Of a DNA stretch of 64,000 bases, positions 39,747 through 58,600 are shown in pieces. Below the pieces are notes generated by a model that saw nothing but the letters and a program-made list of their open reading frames with translations, ran no database searches and was not told where the DNA came from. This DNA is from Chrysomallon squamiferum. Taxonomy: Eukaryota > Animalia > Mollusca. The stretch lies in assembly GCA_012295275.1 (NCBI GenBank), contig CM022679.1, positions 31,620,001 through 31,684,000 on the forward strand, given 5' to 3'. The translations under genes were made by a program, and so were the position numbers. Position 1 is the first letter of the stretch. Each line of letters starts with the position of its first letter.

Positions 39747-40077
39747 CATTTCACTGTATAATAGCAGAGGAGGGGCTAAGTTCTGCTACGGGTAAGTTGT
39801 GCCACACCCTCTCCAGGCTGGCTGACTGAGTGGATACGACTGAAAGATTCTGCCATCTACTGATTCGTGTTAGGATAAAATGATTTTTCTCACTGATGCA
39901 GGAGACATGTAACTTCCCTAGAGAACAAAGATTCTCTGACAAAAAGTATGAATTTTGGTGTCTAATGTCGATCTTAGCCGGACAGATTTGTGAATTTCCT
40001 CCGTACTCACTGCAAAGATTATGCTGAAATCACATTTCATGTATCATAACTAGAAAATTGTTTTCATATTATTTCTA

Positions 40078-41210
40078 TCAGTAAAGGTGGAGTAACACGA
40101 CCCATTTCATATTTCCTCGTTTCAGCTACCACAACCACTTCATCAGGAGATCTATCTGCTGAGCAGCTACACATTGATGTACCAATGAAAAGCTGCTTAT
40201 TCAGTGCATACACCATGTTATTCAGTACTGTACGGAACACAAGATCTTCTCACACTAGACAACCACCAGTCAAACATAACTTTACAGGTTGTTGAAGTTC
40301 TACGGATACTGGTATTGTGATGCTGTTTTACCTCCGCACACGAATCACTGAGATACTATTTGACAATGATATCCAATCTGTCGTGAATGAGACGGAAATG
40401 TCGGCTATGATTCCGAGGAATATATTATCGGAATTTAAAAGCACATTGGCATGTTTTTGTTTAAACAGGGACCTATTCACAAACTTCACTTCACTCCAGC
40501 AGAATCCACTGACTGGAGGATAGAAGCAAACCAAGAATAGACTGATGAAGTGGATAATGACAGTGACAGTATGGCTATCGATTATCAAATTCAGGACAAG
40601 CAGAATGATGTCAGTAGAGACATTTGTTGTTTTTTCTACCACAGATCACCCCACCCCACTGACTGACTATCAACTTCAACAGCAACAACTAACCTTGACA
40701 AATCGGCCGCGTCTCTCAGTAGTTCTGTTGATGATGTGGATGTGTCCCCTTCCGTAATTCTACGAACTCCACAGGCCGCCCCCCACCCCCGAAAAAAGCC
40801 ACGAAACGTACGAAGAACAGTTCCAGGATGATGACTGACACTGCTATTCGAGATGCAGTTCCTGCTGCCTTGGTAGAAAGCGAACAAGTGCAAGGAAAAC
40901 CAGGCCTACTCCAGAACTGTGTGTTCTTACGTCAGACGACAAGTGGTGCAGCAGCGTGATGATGACGAGACAAGTTGAATCTGATGCTGCATCTACCCAG
41001 GTAACGCATCCACACAGCTTGAGATAAACGAAGAGGATTTTGTTAAGGTTAAATTTGCAGGAAAGTCAATCAGTAAGGAATACATTGCTAGGACTGATGC
41101 TGTAGGTGATGTTTCATTGCTAGGACGATATCATCCACAAGCTTCCCGAGCAAACGACTGCACGAAGATCCCTCCAACTTGTTTACACGAGGAATTTATT
41201 AAAAAAATGA
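40078..41210 (+). mobile_element. Decayed pogo/Tigger-like DDE transposase remnant, unit 2
   Basis: Duplicate of 33120-34250, with a 2-bp indel near 40446. Confidence 0.8.
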
Positions 41211-41219
41211 AATATAACA

Positions 41220-41278
<59 letters not shown>

Positions 41279-43113
41279 TCTTCAATTATAAGTTCTTCCA
41301 CTGTCTGTCTCTCTGTCTGTATCTTTAAGGAGATGATCGTGATCAGTGACGTCGTTTTCTTCAATAGAAACACAACCTCTCTTGATACGTTCTGATTTTA
41401 CATCAGTTGTTAACAGAGAGAGGAAAGGGAGGAACGGGAAATAGTGCTACTGGATCTCACATGTATGTATGTATGTATGTATACAAACACACACGCCCAT
41501 ACATACATGCACATATATATTTTACAGCGAAAACGGCAATGACAATAACTTCTATTACAACTGATGATGACAATAATAGTAGTAGTAGTAATAATAGTAG
41601 AAGTAGTAGTAATAGTAGAAGTGGTACTACCAGTAGTAGTAGTTATAGTAGTAACACTTTTATAAGCACTACTGCTACTACTATTTAAATTACTACTGCG
41701 GCTACTCCTACTTTTAGCAATGCTACTACTACTGCATGTCAGGTACTACCCGCTATATTGCTCGATTTATCCGCACACTATTCTTATTAGCAGCAAGAAA
41801 CAACAAATTACTGTTACTACTGCTACCAGTCCTACAACTATCACCATTAACAAGAAAGTTGGTTCAAGCACCAAACTACTACTACTACTACTAGTACTAG
41901 TACTACTACTACTACTACTACTGCTACTACTACTACTAATAATATTACTACATTACAACCTCGACAACTATTACATTATTTCTGTCACAGCTCGTTCATT
42001 TTAATGTTTGTTCAACTGTTATAACTATCTCTACTGCTACAACTTCTACGACGTCAACAGTTACTAATATGACGAGATTACAAATGTAATTTTGTATTTT
42101 CTGACTAACTCACCCACTGTGACAAGACTGGTAAAAAAAGGTAGTCCCATTTAAATAGGTTGCAAATACGGTAAGCACGTGCTTTCCAATATCACTTTTG
42201 TTAGCGTAAGGAAATAAAGATGTCATCACGTATCGAGTACACTTCACCTTCACGTTGTGGATGTTTACAGCAACGTGAACACTGCTGATGTTTCCTTGTT
42301 AACATTTCCCTTTTTGTTCACAGACAGTGTTGGAACGGGAGAAAACAGTTTTGTTTAAGGAGACTGTTTGTCCTAGATGAGCCACGACAAAATTATTTTG
42401 TTTTGAAGAATCCACGAGTACAGGGTGAACTGCAACGATAGAAATAATGAATGGAAGAATGAAGAATGAAAACATTTGAGAACATAACTAATGAATGGAT
42501 CGATGGATGATTAATGGACGAACTGATTATGAATCATGGTTGGGAGGATAAAACATGAATAAAAAAGAACAAGAAAAAATATCCACGTAATTCTTATATA
42601 ACGCTCACACAAAGAAACAGAAACAAACACAAAAATAATATACATATATACATAATCAGTAATTCAAAATTATTTAGTATTACAGATATTTAGAAAAGTA
42701 GAATATTAATCAATGTAGTTTTGTTTCTCTATCTGTTTCTTCTTTTCTTCTTTCTTTCTTTCTTTCTTACATTTACTTAGTTATATTGTTTTACAAAAAT
42801 ATATTTAGAAACAAAATAAATAAATAAATTAATGATGATGATGATAAAAATAATAATAATGTTTTTAATAATAATAATAATGATAATAATAATAATGCAT
42901 TTTATTTCTGTGAGATCTTACCATCATTTTATCATGTGAAATACATCGTAATTACCATCATCATACAACCAAAACAAATTTATTTCATCATGTTAGCCAA
43001 TAACTGTTCCGATGTCATGTTGACGGACGCAAGCACGATCTCTGATGTCAAAAACCACGTGAATGGGACTCGCCTATCCTCTTTTTAAAAGACGTTTCGT
43101 TTCTTCTTTCCAG

Positions 43114-43446
43114 ATGAATGAAGGTTGACTAGGCGTGAAGAAGAACGAAAAGAACGCTGTCGACGTACGGTGCACAAACCACGTTCAATCAGCTACGTGT
43201 ATCCTCGGAAAGTCCACTTGGAACTTTCACGAGACATTCGTTTACTGTCTACTCATATTAGTTATAATCCTTCTCAGCTTCGCGTTGGTCTCTTTCTTTC
43301 TCAATTTAGACCAGACTATTCGACAACGACTAACTTGTTATGACCGACATATTTTCACAGCAGTTCCAAAGTGCGAAAAAATTCACTGTATTGACCTACT
43401 GGTGGTACAAACGATGACGAAATCAGGAGACATCATACGTTATTAA
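43114..43446 (+). pseudogene. Second copy of the possible TM-containing orphan exon
   Basis: Duplicate of 36151-36432 with a 1-bp indel near 43387 that alters the C-terminus. Confidence 0.25.
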
Positions 43447-43632
43447 GATCTATTCTCTGTTCGTGTTATTCTTTTTTAATAAATTTGCAATGTTACAAGA
43501 TTCTGCACAGTGTTGTTCTGTTCCACTCTATATGATTGTTGCGACGCATGGGAGACATCTCCACTTAGAGAAATTAATACATTTTACAATGTAAGGGAGG
43601 TAATTCTAATTAAGAAAATATTTTGTATCCAA

Positions 43633-43801
43633 CGGTCCAAGAGAGATAACTCCATTTAAGGAAACTATTAAAAATGTACGGTCTAAGAGGGATAACTCCA
43701 TTTAAGGAAATTATTAAAAATGTACGGTCAAAGAGAGATAACTCCATATAAGGAAATTATTAAAAATTTACGGTCTGAGACGGATAACTCCATTTAAGTA
43801 A

Positions 43802-43812
<11 letters not shown>
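43633..43812. repeat. 46-bp minisatellite, second copy
   Basis: Same unit as 36672-36850. Confidence 0.95.
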
Positions 43813-45223
<1,411 letters not shown>

Positions 45224-45288
45224 CTCAAAAAATATTTAATAATTGATTTTTTATTAAATAAGAATAAATAAATGACTACTCCTCTTAA

Positions 45289-45323
<35 letters not shown>

Positions 45324-45355
45324 ATGATAATATAAAATCGTATTATTAATCGATA

Positions 45356-45394
<39 letters not shown>

Positions 45395-45428
45395 CTTTAT
45401 TTACATTTTTTTTCATTATGTATATTTT

Positions 45429-45735
<307 letters not shown>

Positions 45736-45994
45736 TTATTACTATCATCATCGTCATCGTCATAATCTTTATTTTATTTTATTTATTTATTTATTTTTTA
45801 TCTTTTTAAATTTTTATTCAGACAATGAACAAACAAAAAATAAAAATGAGCGTGAAGACGAACATATGTGGTGATAATAACAGCAAAGAGAAAAAAAAGT
45901 TTTGTTTTAAATATTTAACGTTTAAGATAACATTTATATGCGCCACGCACGTTCTCTGACACTCTCGAGTCTGCTGGTTCGGTTCCAGTCAGAA

Positions 45995-47980
<1,986 letters not shown>

Positions 47981-47987
<7 letters not shown>

Positions 47988-48159
47988 AATTTACTTAAAT
48001 GGAGTTATCCGTCTCAGACCGTAAATTTTTAATAATTTCCTTATATGGAGTTATCTCTCTTTGACCGTACATTTTTAATAATTTCCTTAAATGGAGTTAT
48101 CCCTCTTAGACCGTACATTTTTAATAATTTCCTTAAATGGAGTTATCTCTCTTGGACCG
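47981..48159. repeat. 46-bp minisatellite, inverted copy
   Basis: Reverse complement of 36672-36850. Confidence 0.95.
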
Positions 48160-48398
48160 TTGGATACAAAATATTTTCTTAATTAGAATTACCTCCCTTA
48201 CATTGTAAAATGTATTAATTTCTCTAAGTGGAGATGTCTCCCATGCGTCGCAACAATCATATAGAGTGGAACAGAACAACACTGTGCAGAATCTTGTAAC
48301 ATTGCAAATTTATTAAAAAAAGAATAACACGAACAGAGAATAGATCTTAATAACGTATGATGTCTCCTGATTTCGTCATCGTTTGTACCACCAGTAGG

Positions 48399-48680
48399 TC
48401 AATACGAGTGAATTTTTTCGCACTTTGGAACTGCTGTGAAAATATGTCGGTCATAACAAGTTAGTCGTTGTCGAATAGTCTGGTCTAAATTGAGAAAGAA
48501 AGAGACCAACGCGAAGCTGAGAAGGATTATAACTAATATGAGTAGACAGTAAACGAATGTCTCGTGAAAGTTCCAAGTGGACTTTCTGAGGATACACGTA
48601 GCTGATTGAACGTGGTTTGTGCACCGTACGTCGACAGCGTTCTTTTCGTTCTTCTTCACGCCTAGTCAACCTTCATTCAT
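48399..48680 (-). pseudogene. Third (inverted) copy of the possible TM-containing orphan exon
   Basis: Reverse complement of 36151-36432 with one G>R change. Confidence 0.25.
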
Positions 48681-49490
48681 CTGGAAAGAAGAAACGAAAC
48701 GTCTTTTAAAAAGAGGATAGGCGAGTCCCATTCACGTGGTTTTTGACATCAGAGATCGTGCTTGCGTCCGTCAACATGACATCGGAACAGTTATTGGCTA
48801 ACATGATGAAATAAATTTGTTTTGGTTGTATGATGATGGTAATTACGATGTATTTCACATGATAAAATGATGGTAAGATCTCACAGAAATAAAATGCATT
48901 ATTATTATTATCATTATTATTATTAAAAAACATTATTATTATTTTTATCATCATCATCATTAATTTATTTATTTATTTTGTTTCTAAATATATTTTTTGT
49001 AAAACAATATAACTAAGTAAATGTAAGAAAGAAAGAAAGAAAGAAGAAAAGAAGAAACAGATAGAGAAACAAAACTATATTGATTAATATTCTACTTTTC
49101 TAAATATCTGTAATACTAAATAATTTTGAATTACTGATTATGTATATATGTATATTATTTTTGTGTTTGTTTGTGTGTCTTTGTGTGAGCGTTATATAAG
49201 AATTACGTGGATATTTTTTCTTGTTCTTTTTTATTCATGTTTTATCCTCCCAACCATGATTCATAATCAGTTCGTCCATTAATCATCCATCGATCCATTC
49301 ATTAGTTATGTTCTCAAATGTTTTCATTCTTCATTCTTCCATTCATTATTTCTATCGTTGCAGTTCACCCTGTACTCGTGGATTCTTCAAAACAAAATAA
49401 TTTTGTCGTGGCTCATCTAGGACAAACAGTCTCCTTAAACAAAAGAGTTTTCTCCTGTTCCAACAATGTCTGTGAACAAAAAGGGAAATG

Positions 49491-49690
49491 NNNNNNNNNN
49501 NNNNNNNNNNNNNNNNNNNNNNNNNNNNNNNNNNNNNNNNNNNNNNNNNNNNNNNNNNNNNNNNNNNNNNNNNNNNNNNNNNNNNNNNNNNNNNNNNNNN
49601 NNNNNNNNNNNNNNNNNNNNNNNNNNNNNNNNNNNNNNNNNNNNNNNNNNNNNNNNNNNNNNNNNNNNNNNNNNNNNNNNNNNNNNNNNN
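49491..49690. other. Assembly gap (200 N)
   Basis: Run of exactly 200 N. Confidence 0.99.
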
Positions 49691-52600
49691 CTTACTTCTT
49701 ACTTAGGTAATTATTTACGTACGTACTTACTTTCTTTCTTACTTAGGTAATTATTTACGTACTTAATTACATTATCACTTACTTAGGTAATTAAGGACGT
49801 ACTTAGTTCCTTTCTTGCTTACTTAGCTAATTATACACATAGTGACTTATATTATTTCCTACTTAAGTAGTTATTTACGTATCTACCAGGTTACTTCTTT
49901 ACTTAGGTAATTATTTACGTACTTTCTTACTTTGATTCTTACTTAGGTAATTATTTACGTACTTATTTACTTTCTCTGTTTCTCAGGTAATTACTAATGT
50001 GCTTACTTACATTCTTACTTGCATAGGCAATGTTTTACATACTCACTGGCCTTCTTCCTTACTTAGGTAACTATTTCCGAAGTTATCATATTTCTTGCTT
50101 AGTTAGCAAAGTACTTATGTACTTACTTGCTTTAATGCTTACTTAGGTAATGATTTACGAAATTACCAGGTTCTTTGCTTAGTTAGCTAATTACTTATGT
50201 ACTTACTTGCTTTCTTTCTTAGTTAGATAATTGTTAACGTACATAATTACATTCTCACTTTCTAACGTAATTATTGTCGTTCTTACTTCCTTTCTTGCTT
50301 ACTTAGGTAATTACAGACGTACTTACTTACATTCTATCTTACTTAGGTAATTATTTACGTACCTGCCAGCTTACTTCCTTACTTAGGTAATTATTTACGT
50401 ACTTACTTACTTTCTTTCTTACTTAGGTAATTATTTACGTACTTATTTACTTTTTGTCTTTCTTAGGTAATTACTAATGTACTTCCTTACGTTCTTAGTT
50501 GGTTAGGTAATTATTTACGTACTTAATTACATTATCACTTACTTAGGTAATTAAGGACGTACTTACTTCCTTTCTTGCTTACTTAGGTAATTATTTACGT
50601 ATCTGCCAGCTTACTTCGTTACTTAGGTAATTATTTACGTACTTACTTACTTTCTTTCTTACTTAGGTAATTATTTACGTACTTATTTACTTTCTGTCTT
50701 TCTTAGGTAATTACTAATGTACTTCCTTACATTCTTAGTTACTTAGGTAATTATTTACGTACTTAATTACATAATCACTTACTTAGGTAATTAAGGACGT
50801 ACTTACTTCCTTTCTTGCTTACTTAGGTAATTATACACATAGTTACTTATATTCTTTCCTACTTAAGTAGTTAATTACGTATCTACTAGCTTACTTGCTT
50901 ACTTAGGTAATTATTTACGTACATACTTTCTTTCTTACTTAGGTAATTATTTACGTACTTATTTTCTTTCCCTCTTTCTTAGGTAATTAGTAATGTAGTT
51001 ATTTACATTCTTAATTGCTGAGGTAACTATTGATGTACTTCGTTGCTTTCTTTTTTAGTTAGGTGATTATACACAGGTTCTTTGCTTAGTTAGCTAATTA
51101 CTTATGTACTTAATTGCTTTCTTTCTTAGTTAGATAATTGTTAACGTACATAATTACATTCCCACTTTCTAACGTAATTATTGTCGTTCTTACTTGCTTT
51201 CTTGCTTACTTAGGTAATTACAGACGTAGTTACTTACATTCTATCTTACTTAGGTAATTATTTACGTACCTGCCAGCTTACTTCCTTACTTAGGTAATTA
51301 CTTACGTACTTACTTTGTTTCGTATTTAGGTAATTATTTACGTACTTATTTACTTTCTGTCTTTCTTAGGTAATTACTAATGTGCTTCCTTACGTTCTTA
51401 GTTGCTTAGGTAATTATTTACGTACTTAATTACATTATCACTTACTTAGGTAATTAAGGACGTACTTACTTCCTTTCTTGCTTACTTAGGTAATTATTTA
51501 CGTACTTATTTACTTTCCGTCTTTCTTAGGTAATTAGTAATGTAGTTATTTACATTCTTACTTGCTGAGGTAACTATTGATGTACTACTTTGCTTTCTTT
51601 CTTAGGTGATTATACACACAATTACTGATATTATATCTTACTTACATCCTTATTTAAGTAATTAGTAGAGTACTTGCTTACTTAGGTAATTATATACCTA
51701 CTGACTTTCTTTCTTACTTACGGAATTATTTAGTATTTACATACTTTCTTTCTTTCTTGGGTAATTGCTAATGTGCTTACTTACATTCTTACTTGCATAG
51801 GCAATGTTCTACATACTGACTGGCCTTCTTGCTTACTTAGGTAACTACTTACGAAGTTATCATATTTCTTGCTGAGTTAACAAAGTACTTATGTACTTAC
51901 TTGCTTTCATGCTTAGTTAGGTAATGATTTACGAAATTACCAGGTTCTTTGCTTTGTTAGCTAATTACTTATGTACTTACTTGCTTTCTTTCTTAGTTAG
52001 ATAATTGTTAACGTACATAATTACATTCTCACTTTCTAAGGTAATTATTGTCGTTCTTACTTCCTTTCTTGCTTGCTTAGGTAATTACAGACGTACTTAC
52101 TTACATTCTATCTTACTTAGGTAATTATTTACGTACTTACTTACTTTCTTTCTTAGTTAGGTAATTATTTACGCACTTATTTACTTTTTGTCTTTCTTAG
52201 GTAATTACTAATGTACTTCCTTACGTTCTTAGTTGCTTAGGTAATTATTTATGTAAGTAATTACATTATCACATACTTAGGTAATTAAGGACGTACTTAC
52301 TTCCTTTCTTGCTTACTTAAGTAATTATACACATAGTTACTTATATTCTTTCCTACTTAAGAAGTTTTTTACGTATCTACTAGCTTACTTGCTTACTTAG
52401 GTAATTATTTACGTACCTACTTACTTTCTTTCTAACTTAGGTAATTATTTACGTACTTATTTACGTACTTATTTACTTTCCCTCTTTCTTAGGTAATTAG
52501 TAATGTAGTTATTCACATTCTTACTTGCTGAGGTAACTGTTGATGTACTTCGTTGCTTTCTTTCTTAGGTGATTATACACACAATTACTGATGTTATATC

Positions 52601-55600
52601 TTACTTACATACTTATTTAAGTAATTAGTAGAGTACTTGCTTACTTAGGTAATTATATACCTACTGACTTAAATTCTTTGAGACTTAGGGAATTATTTAG
52701 TATTTACATACTTTCTTTCTTTCTTAGGTAATTGCTAATGTGCTTACTTACATTCTTACTTGCATAGGCAATGTTTTACATACTGACTGGCCTTCTTGCT
52801 TACTTAGGTAACCATTTACGAAGTTATCATGTTTCTTGCTTAGTTTGCAAAGTACTTATGTACTTACTTGCTTTCATGCTTACTTAGGTAATGATTTACG
52901 AAATTACCAGGTTCTTTGCTTAGTTAGCTAATTACTTATGTACTTACTTGCTTTCTTTCTTACTTAGATAATTGTTAACGTACATAATTACATTCTCACT
53001 TTCTAACGTAATTATTGTCGTTCTTACTTCCTTTCTTGCTTACTTAGGTAATTACAGACGTACTTACTTACATTCAATCTTACTTAGGTAATTACTTACG
53101 TAGCTGCCAGCTTACTTCCTTACTTAGGTAATTATTTACGTACTTACTTACTTTCTTTCTTACTTAGGTAATTGTTTACGTACTTATTTACTTTCCCTCT
53201 TTCTTAGGTAATTAGTAATGTAGTTATTCACATTCTTACTTGCTGAGGTAACTGTTGATGTACTTCGTTGCTTTCTTTCTTAGGTGATTATACACACAAT
53301 TACTGATGTTATATCTTACTTACATACTTATTTAAGTAATTAGTAGAGTACTTGCTTACTTAGGTAATTATATACCTACTGACTTAAATTCTTTGAGACT
53401 TAGGGAATTATTTAGTATTTACATACTTTCTTTCTTTCTTAGGTAATTGCTAATGTGCTTACTTACATTCTTACTTGCATAGGCAATGTTTTACATACTG
53501 ACTGGCCTTCTTGCTTACTTAAGTAACTATTTACGAAGTTATCATCTTTCTTGCTTAGTTAGCAAAGTACTTATGTACTTACTTGCTTTCATGCTTACTT
53601 AGTTAACGATTTACGAAATTACCAGGTTCTTTGCTTAGCTAATTACTTATGTACTTACTTGCTTTCTTTCTTAGTTAGATAATTTTTAACGTACATAATT
53701 ACATTCTCACTTTCTAACGTAATTATTGTCGTTCTTACTTCCTTTCTTGCTTACTTAGGTAATTACAGACGTACTTACTTACATTCTATCTTACTTACGT
53801 AATTATTTACGTACCTGCCAGCTTACTTCCTTACTTAGGTAATTATTTAAGAAGTTACTTACTTTCTTTCTTACTTAGGTAATTATTTACGTACTTATTT
53901 ACTTTCTTTCTTTCTTAGGTAATTACTAATGTACTTCCTTACGTTCTTAGTTGCTTAGGTAATTATTTACGTACTTAATTACATTATCACTTACTTAGGT
54001 AATTAAGGACGTACTCACTTCGTTTCTTGCTTACTTAGGTAATTATACACATATTTACTTATATTCTTTCCTTTTTAAGTAGTTATTTACGTATCTACTA
54101 GCTTACTTGCTTACTTAGGTAATTATTTACGTACTTACTTACTTTCTTTCTTACTTAGGTAATTATTTACGTACTTATTTACTTCCCCTCTTTCTTAGGT
54201 AATTAGTAATGTAGTTATTTACATTCTTAATTGCTGAGGTAACTATTGATGTACTTCGTTGCTTTCTTTCTTAGTTAGGTGATTATACACATAATTACTG
54301 ATATTATATCTTACTTACATACTTATTTTAGTAATTAGTAGAGTACTTGATTAGTTATGTAATTATATACCTACTGACTTACTTTCTTTCTTAGTTAGGG
54401 AATTATTTAGTATTTACATACATTCTTTCTTTCTTAGGTAATTGCTAATGTGCTTACTTACATTCTTACTTGCATAGGCAATGTTTTACATACTGACAGG
54501 CCTTCTTGCTTACTTAGGTAACCATTTACGAAGTTATCATGTTTCTTGCTTAGTTAGCAAAGTACTTATGTACTTACTTGCTTTCATGCTTACTTAGGTA
54601 ATGATTTACGAAATTACCAGGTTCTTTGCTTAGTTAGCTAATTACTTATGTACTTACTTGCTTTCTTTCTTAGTTAGATAATTGTTAACGTACATAATTA
54701 CATTCTCACTTTCTAACGTAATTATTGTCGTTCTTACTTCCTTTCTTCCTTACTTAGGTGATTACAGACATACTTACTTACATTCAATCTTACTTAGGTA
54801 ATTACTTACGTAGCTGCCACCTTACTTCCTTACTTAGGTAATTATTTACGTACTTACTTACTTTCTTTCTTACTTAGGTAATTGTTTACGTACTTATTTA
54901 CTTTCCCTCTTTCTTAGGTAATTAATAATGTAGTTATTTACATTCTTACTTGCTGAGGTAACTATTGATGTACTTCGTTGCTTTCTTTCTTAGGTGATTA
55001 TACACACAATTACTGATGTTATATCTTACTTACATACTTATTTAAGTAATTAGTAGAGTACTTGCTTACTTAGGTAATTATATACCTACTGACTTAAATT
55101 CTTTGTTACTTAGGGAATTATTTAGTATTTACATACTTTCTTTCTTTCTTAGGTAATTGCTAATGTGCTTACTTACATTCTTACTTGCATAGGCAATGTT
55201 TTACATACTGACTGGCCTTCTTGCTTACTTAGGTAACCATTTACGAAGTTATCATGTTTCTTGCTTAGTTAGCAAAGTACTTATGTACTTACTTGCTTTC
55301 ATGCTTACTTAGGTAATGATTTACGAAATTACCAGGTTCTTTGCTTAGTTAGCTAATTACTTATGTACTTACTTGCTTTCTTTCTTAGTTAGATAATTGT
55401 TAACGTACATAATTACATTCTCACTTTCTAACGTAATTATTGTCGTTCTTACTCCCTTTCTTGCTTACTTAGGTAATTATATACCTACTGACTTAAATTC
55501 TTTGTGACTTAGGGAATTATTTAGTATTTACATACTTTCTTTGTTTTGTTACGAAATTGCTAATGTGCTTACTTACATTCTTACTTGCATAGGCAATGTT

Positions 55601-58600
55601 TTACATACTGACTGGCCTTCTTGCTTACTTAGGTAACTATTTACGAAGTTATCATCTTTCTTGCTTAGTTAGCAAAGTACTTATGTACTTACTTGCTTTC
55701 ATGCTTACTTAGTTAACGATTTACGAAATTACCAGGTTCTTTGCTTAGCTAATTACTTATGTACTTACTTGCTTTCTTTCTTAGTTAGATAATTTTTAAC
55801 GTACATAATTACATTCTCACTTTCTAACGTAATTATTGTCGTTCTTACTTCCTGTCTTGCTTACTTAGGTAATTACAGACGTACTTACTTACATTCTTAC
55901 TTACGTAATTATTTACGTACCTGCCAGCTTACTTCCTTACTTAGGTAATTATTTAAGAAGTTACTTACTTTCTTTCTTACTTAGGTAATTATTTACGTAC
56001 TTATTTACTTTCTTTCTTTCTTAGGTAATTACTAATGTACTTCCTTACGTTCTTAGTTGCTTAGGTAATTATTTACGTACTTAATTACATTATCACTTAC
56101 TTAGGTAATTAAGGACGTACTTACTTCGTTTGTTACTTACTTATGTAATTATACACATATTTACTTATATTCTTTCCTTTTTAAGTAGTTATTTACGTAT
56201 CTACTAGCTTACTTGCTTACTTAGGTAATTATTTACGTACTTACTTACTTTCTTTCTTACTTAGGTAATTATTTACGTACTTATTTACTTCCCCTCTTTC
56301 TTAGGTAATTAGTAATGTAGTTATTTACATTCTTAATTGCTGAGGTAACTATTGATGTACTTCGTTGCTTTCTTTCTTAGTTAGGTGATTATACACATAA
56401 TTACTGATATTATATCTTACTTACATACTTATTTTAGTAATTAGTAGAGTACTTGATTAGTTATGTAATTATATACCTACTGACTTACTTTCTTTCTTAG
56501 TTAGGGAATTATTTAGTATTTACATACTTTCTTTCTTTCTTAGGTAATTGCTAATGTGCTTACTTACATTCTTACTTGCATAGGCAATGTTTTACATACT
56601 GACTGGCCTTCTTGCTTACTTAGGTAACCATTTACGAAGTTATCATGTTTCTTGCTTAGTTAGCAAAGTACTTATGTACTTACTTGCTTTCATGCTTACT
56701 TAGGTAATGATTTACGAAATTACCAGGTTCTTTGCTTAGTTAGCTAATTACTTATGTACTTACTTGCTTTCTTTCTTACTTAGATAATTGTTAACGTACA
56801 TAATTACATTCTCACTTTCTAACGTAATTATTGTCGTTCTTACTTCCTTTCTTGCTTACTTAGGTGATTACAGACGTACTTACTTACATTCAATCTTACT
56901 TAGGTAATTACTTACGTAGCTGCCAGCTTACTTCCTTACTTAGGTAATTATTTACTTACTTACTTACTTTCTTTCTTACTTAGGTAATTGTTTACGTACT
57001 TATTTACTTTCCCTCTTTCTTAGGTAATTAGTAATGTAGTTATTTACATTCTTACTTGCTGAGGTAACTATTGATGTACTTCGTTGCTTTCTTTGTTAGG
57101 TGATTATACACACAATTACTGATGTTATATCTTACTTACATACTTATTTAAGTAATTAGTAGAGTACTTGCTTACTTAGGTAATTATATACCTACTGACT
57201 TAAATTCTTTGTTACTTAGGGAATTATTTAGTATTTACATACTTTCTTTCTTTCTTAGGTAATTGCTAATGTGCTTACTTACATTCTTACTTGCATAGGC
57301 AATGTTTTACATACTGACTGGCCTTCTTGCTTACTTAGGTAACCATTTTCGAAGTTATCATGTTTCTTGCTTAGTTAGCAAAGTACTTATGTACTTACTT
57401 GCTTTCATGCTTACTTAGGTAATGATTTACGAAATTACCAGGTTCTTTGCTTAGTTAGCTAATTACTTATGTACTTACTTGCTTTCTTTCTTAGTTAGAT
57501 AATTGTTAACGTACATAATTACATTCTCACTTTCTAACGTAATTATTGTCGTTCTTACTTCCTTTCTTGCTTACTTAGGTAATTATATACCTACTGACTT
57601 AAATTCTTTGTGACTTAGGGAATTATTTAGTATTTACATACTTTCTTTGTTTTGTTAGGAAATTGCTAATGTGCTTACTTACATTCTTACTTGCATAGGC
57701 AATGTTTTACATACTGACTGGCCTTCTTGCTTACTTAGGTAACTATTTACGAAGTTATCATCTTTCTTGCTTAGTTAGCAAAGTACTTATGTACTTACTT
57801 GCTTTCATGCTTACTTAGTTAACGATTTACGAAATTACCAGGTTCTTTGCTTAGCTAATTACTTATGTACTTACTTGCTTTCTTTCTTAGTTAGATAATT
57901 TTTAACGTACATAATTACATTCTCACTTTCTAACGTAATTATTGTCGTTCTTACTTCCTTTCTTGCTTACTTAGGTAATTACAGACGTACTTACTTACAT
58001 TCTATCTTACTTACGTAATTATTTACGTACCTGCCAGCTTACTTCCTTACTTAGGTAATTATTTAAGAAGTTACTTACTTTCTTTCTTACTTACTTAGGT
58101 AATTATTTACGTACTTATTTACTTTCTCTCTTTCTTAGGTAATTACTAATGTACTTCCTTACGTTCTTAGTTGGTTAGGTAATTATTTACGTACTTACTT
58201 CGTTTCTTGCTTACTTAGGTAATTATACACATATTTACTTATATTCTTTCCTTTTTAAGTAGTTATTTACGTATCTACTAGCTTACTTGCTTACTTAGGT
58301 AATTATTTACGTACTTACTTACTTTCTTTCTTACTTAGGTAATTATTTACGTACTTATTTACTTCCCCTCTTTCTTAGGTAATTAGTAATGTAGTTATTT
58401 ACATTCTTAATTGCTGAGGTAACTATTGATGTACTTCGTTGCTTTCTTTCTTAGTTAGGTGATTATACACATAATTACTGATATTATATCTTACTTACAT
58501 ACTTATTTTAGTAATTAGTAGAGTACTTGATTAGTTATGTAATTATATACCTACTGACTTAAATTCTTTGTTACTTAGGGAATTATTTAGTATTTACATA

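Noticed and set aside
49318-49750. Signal-peptide-like ORF MFSFFILPFIISIVAVH...
   Set aside because: Its length is due to the N gap; no homology or splice support, and no equivalent long ORF is listed for the ungapped copies.
51030-51046. GATGTACTTCGTTG resembling the start of the ONT adapter
   Set aside because: Recurs at a fixed place in each HOR and lacks CAGTTACGTATTGCT; coincidental.
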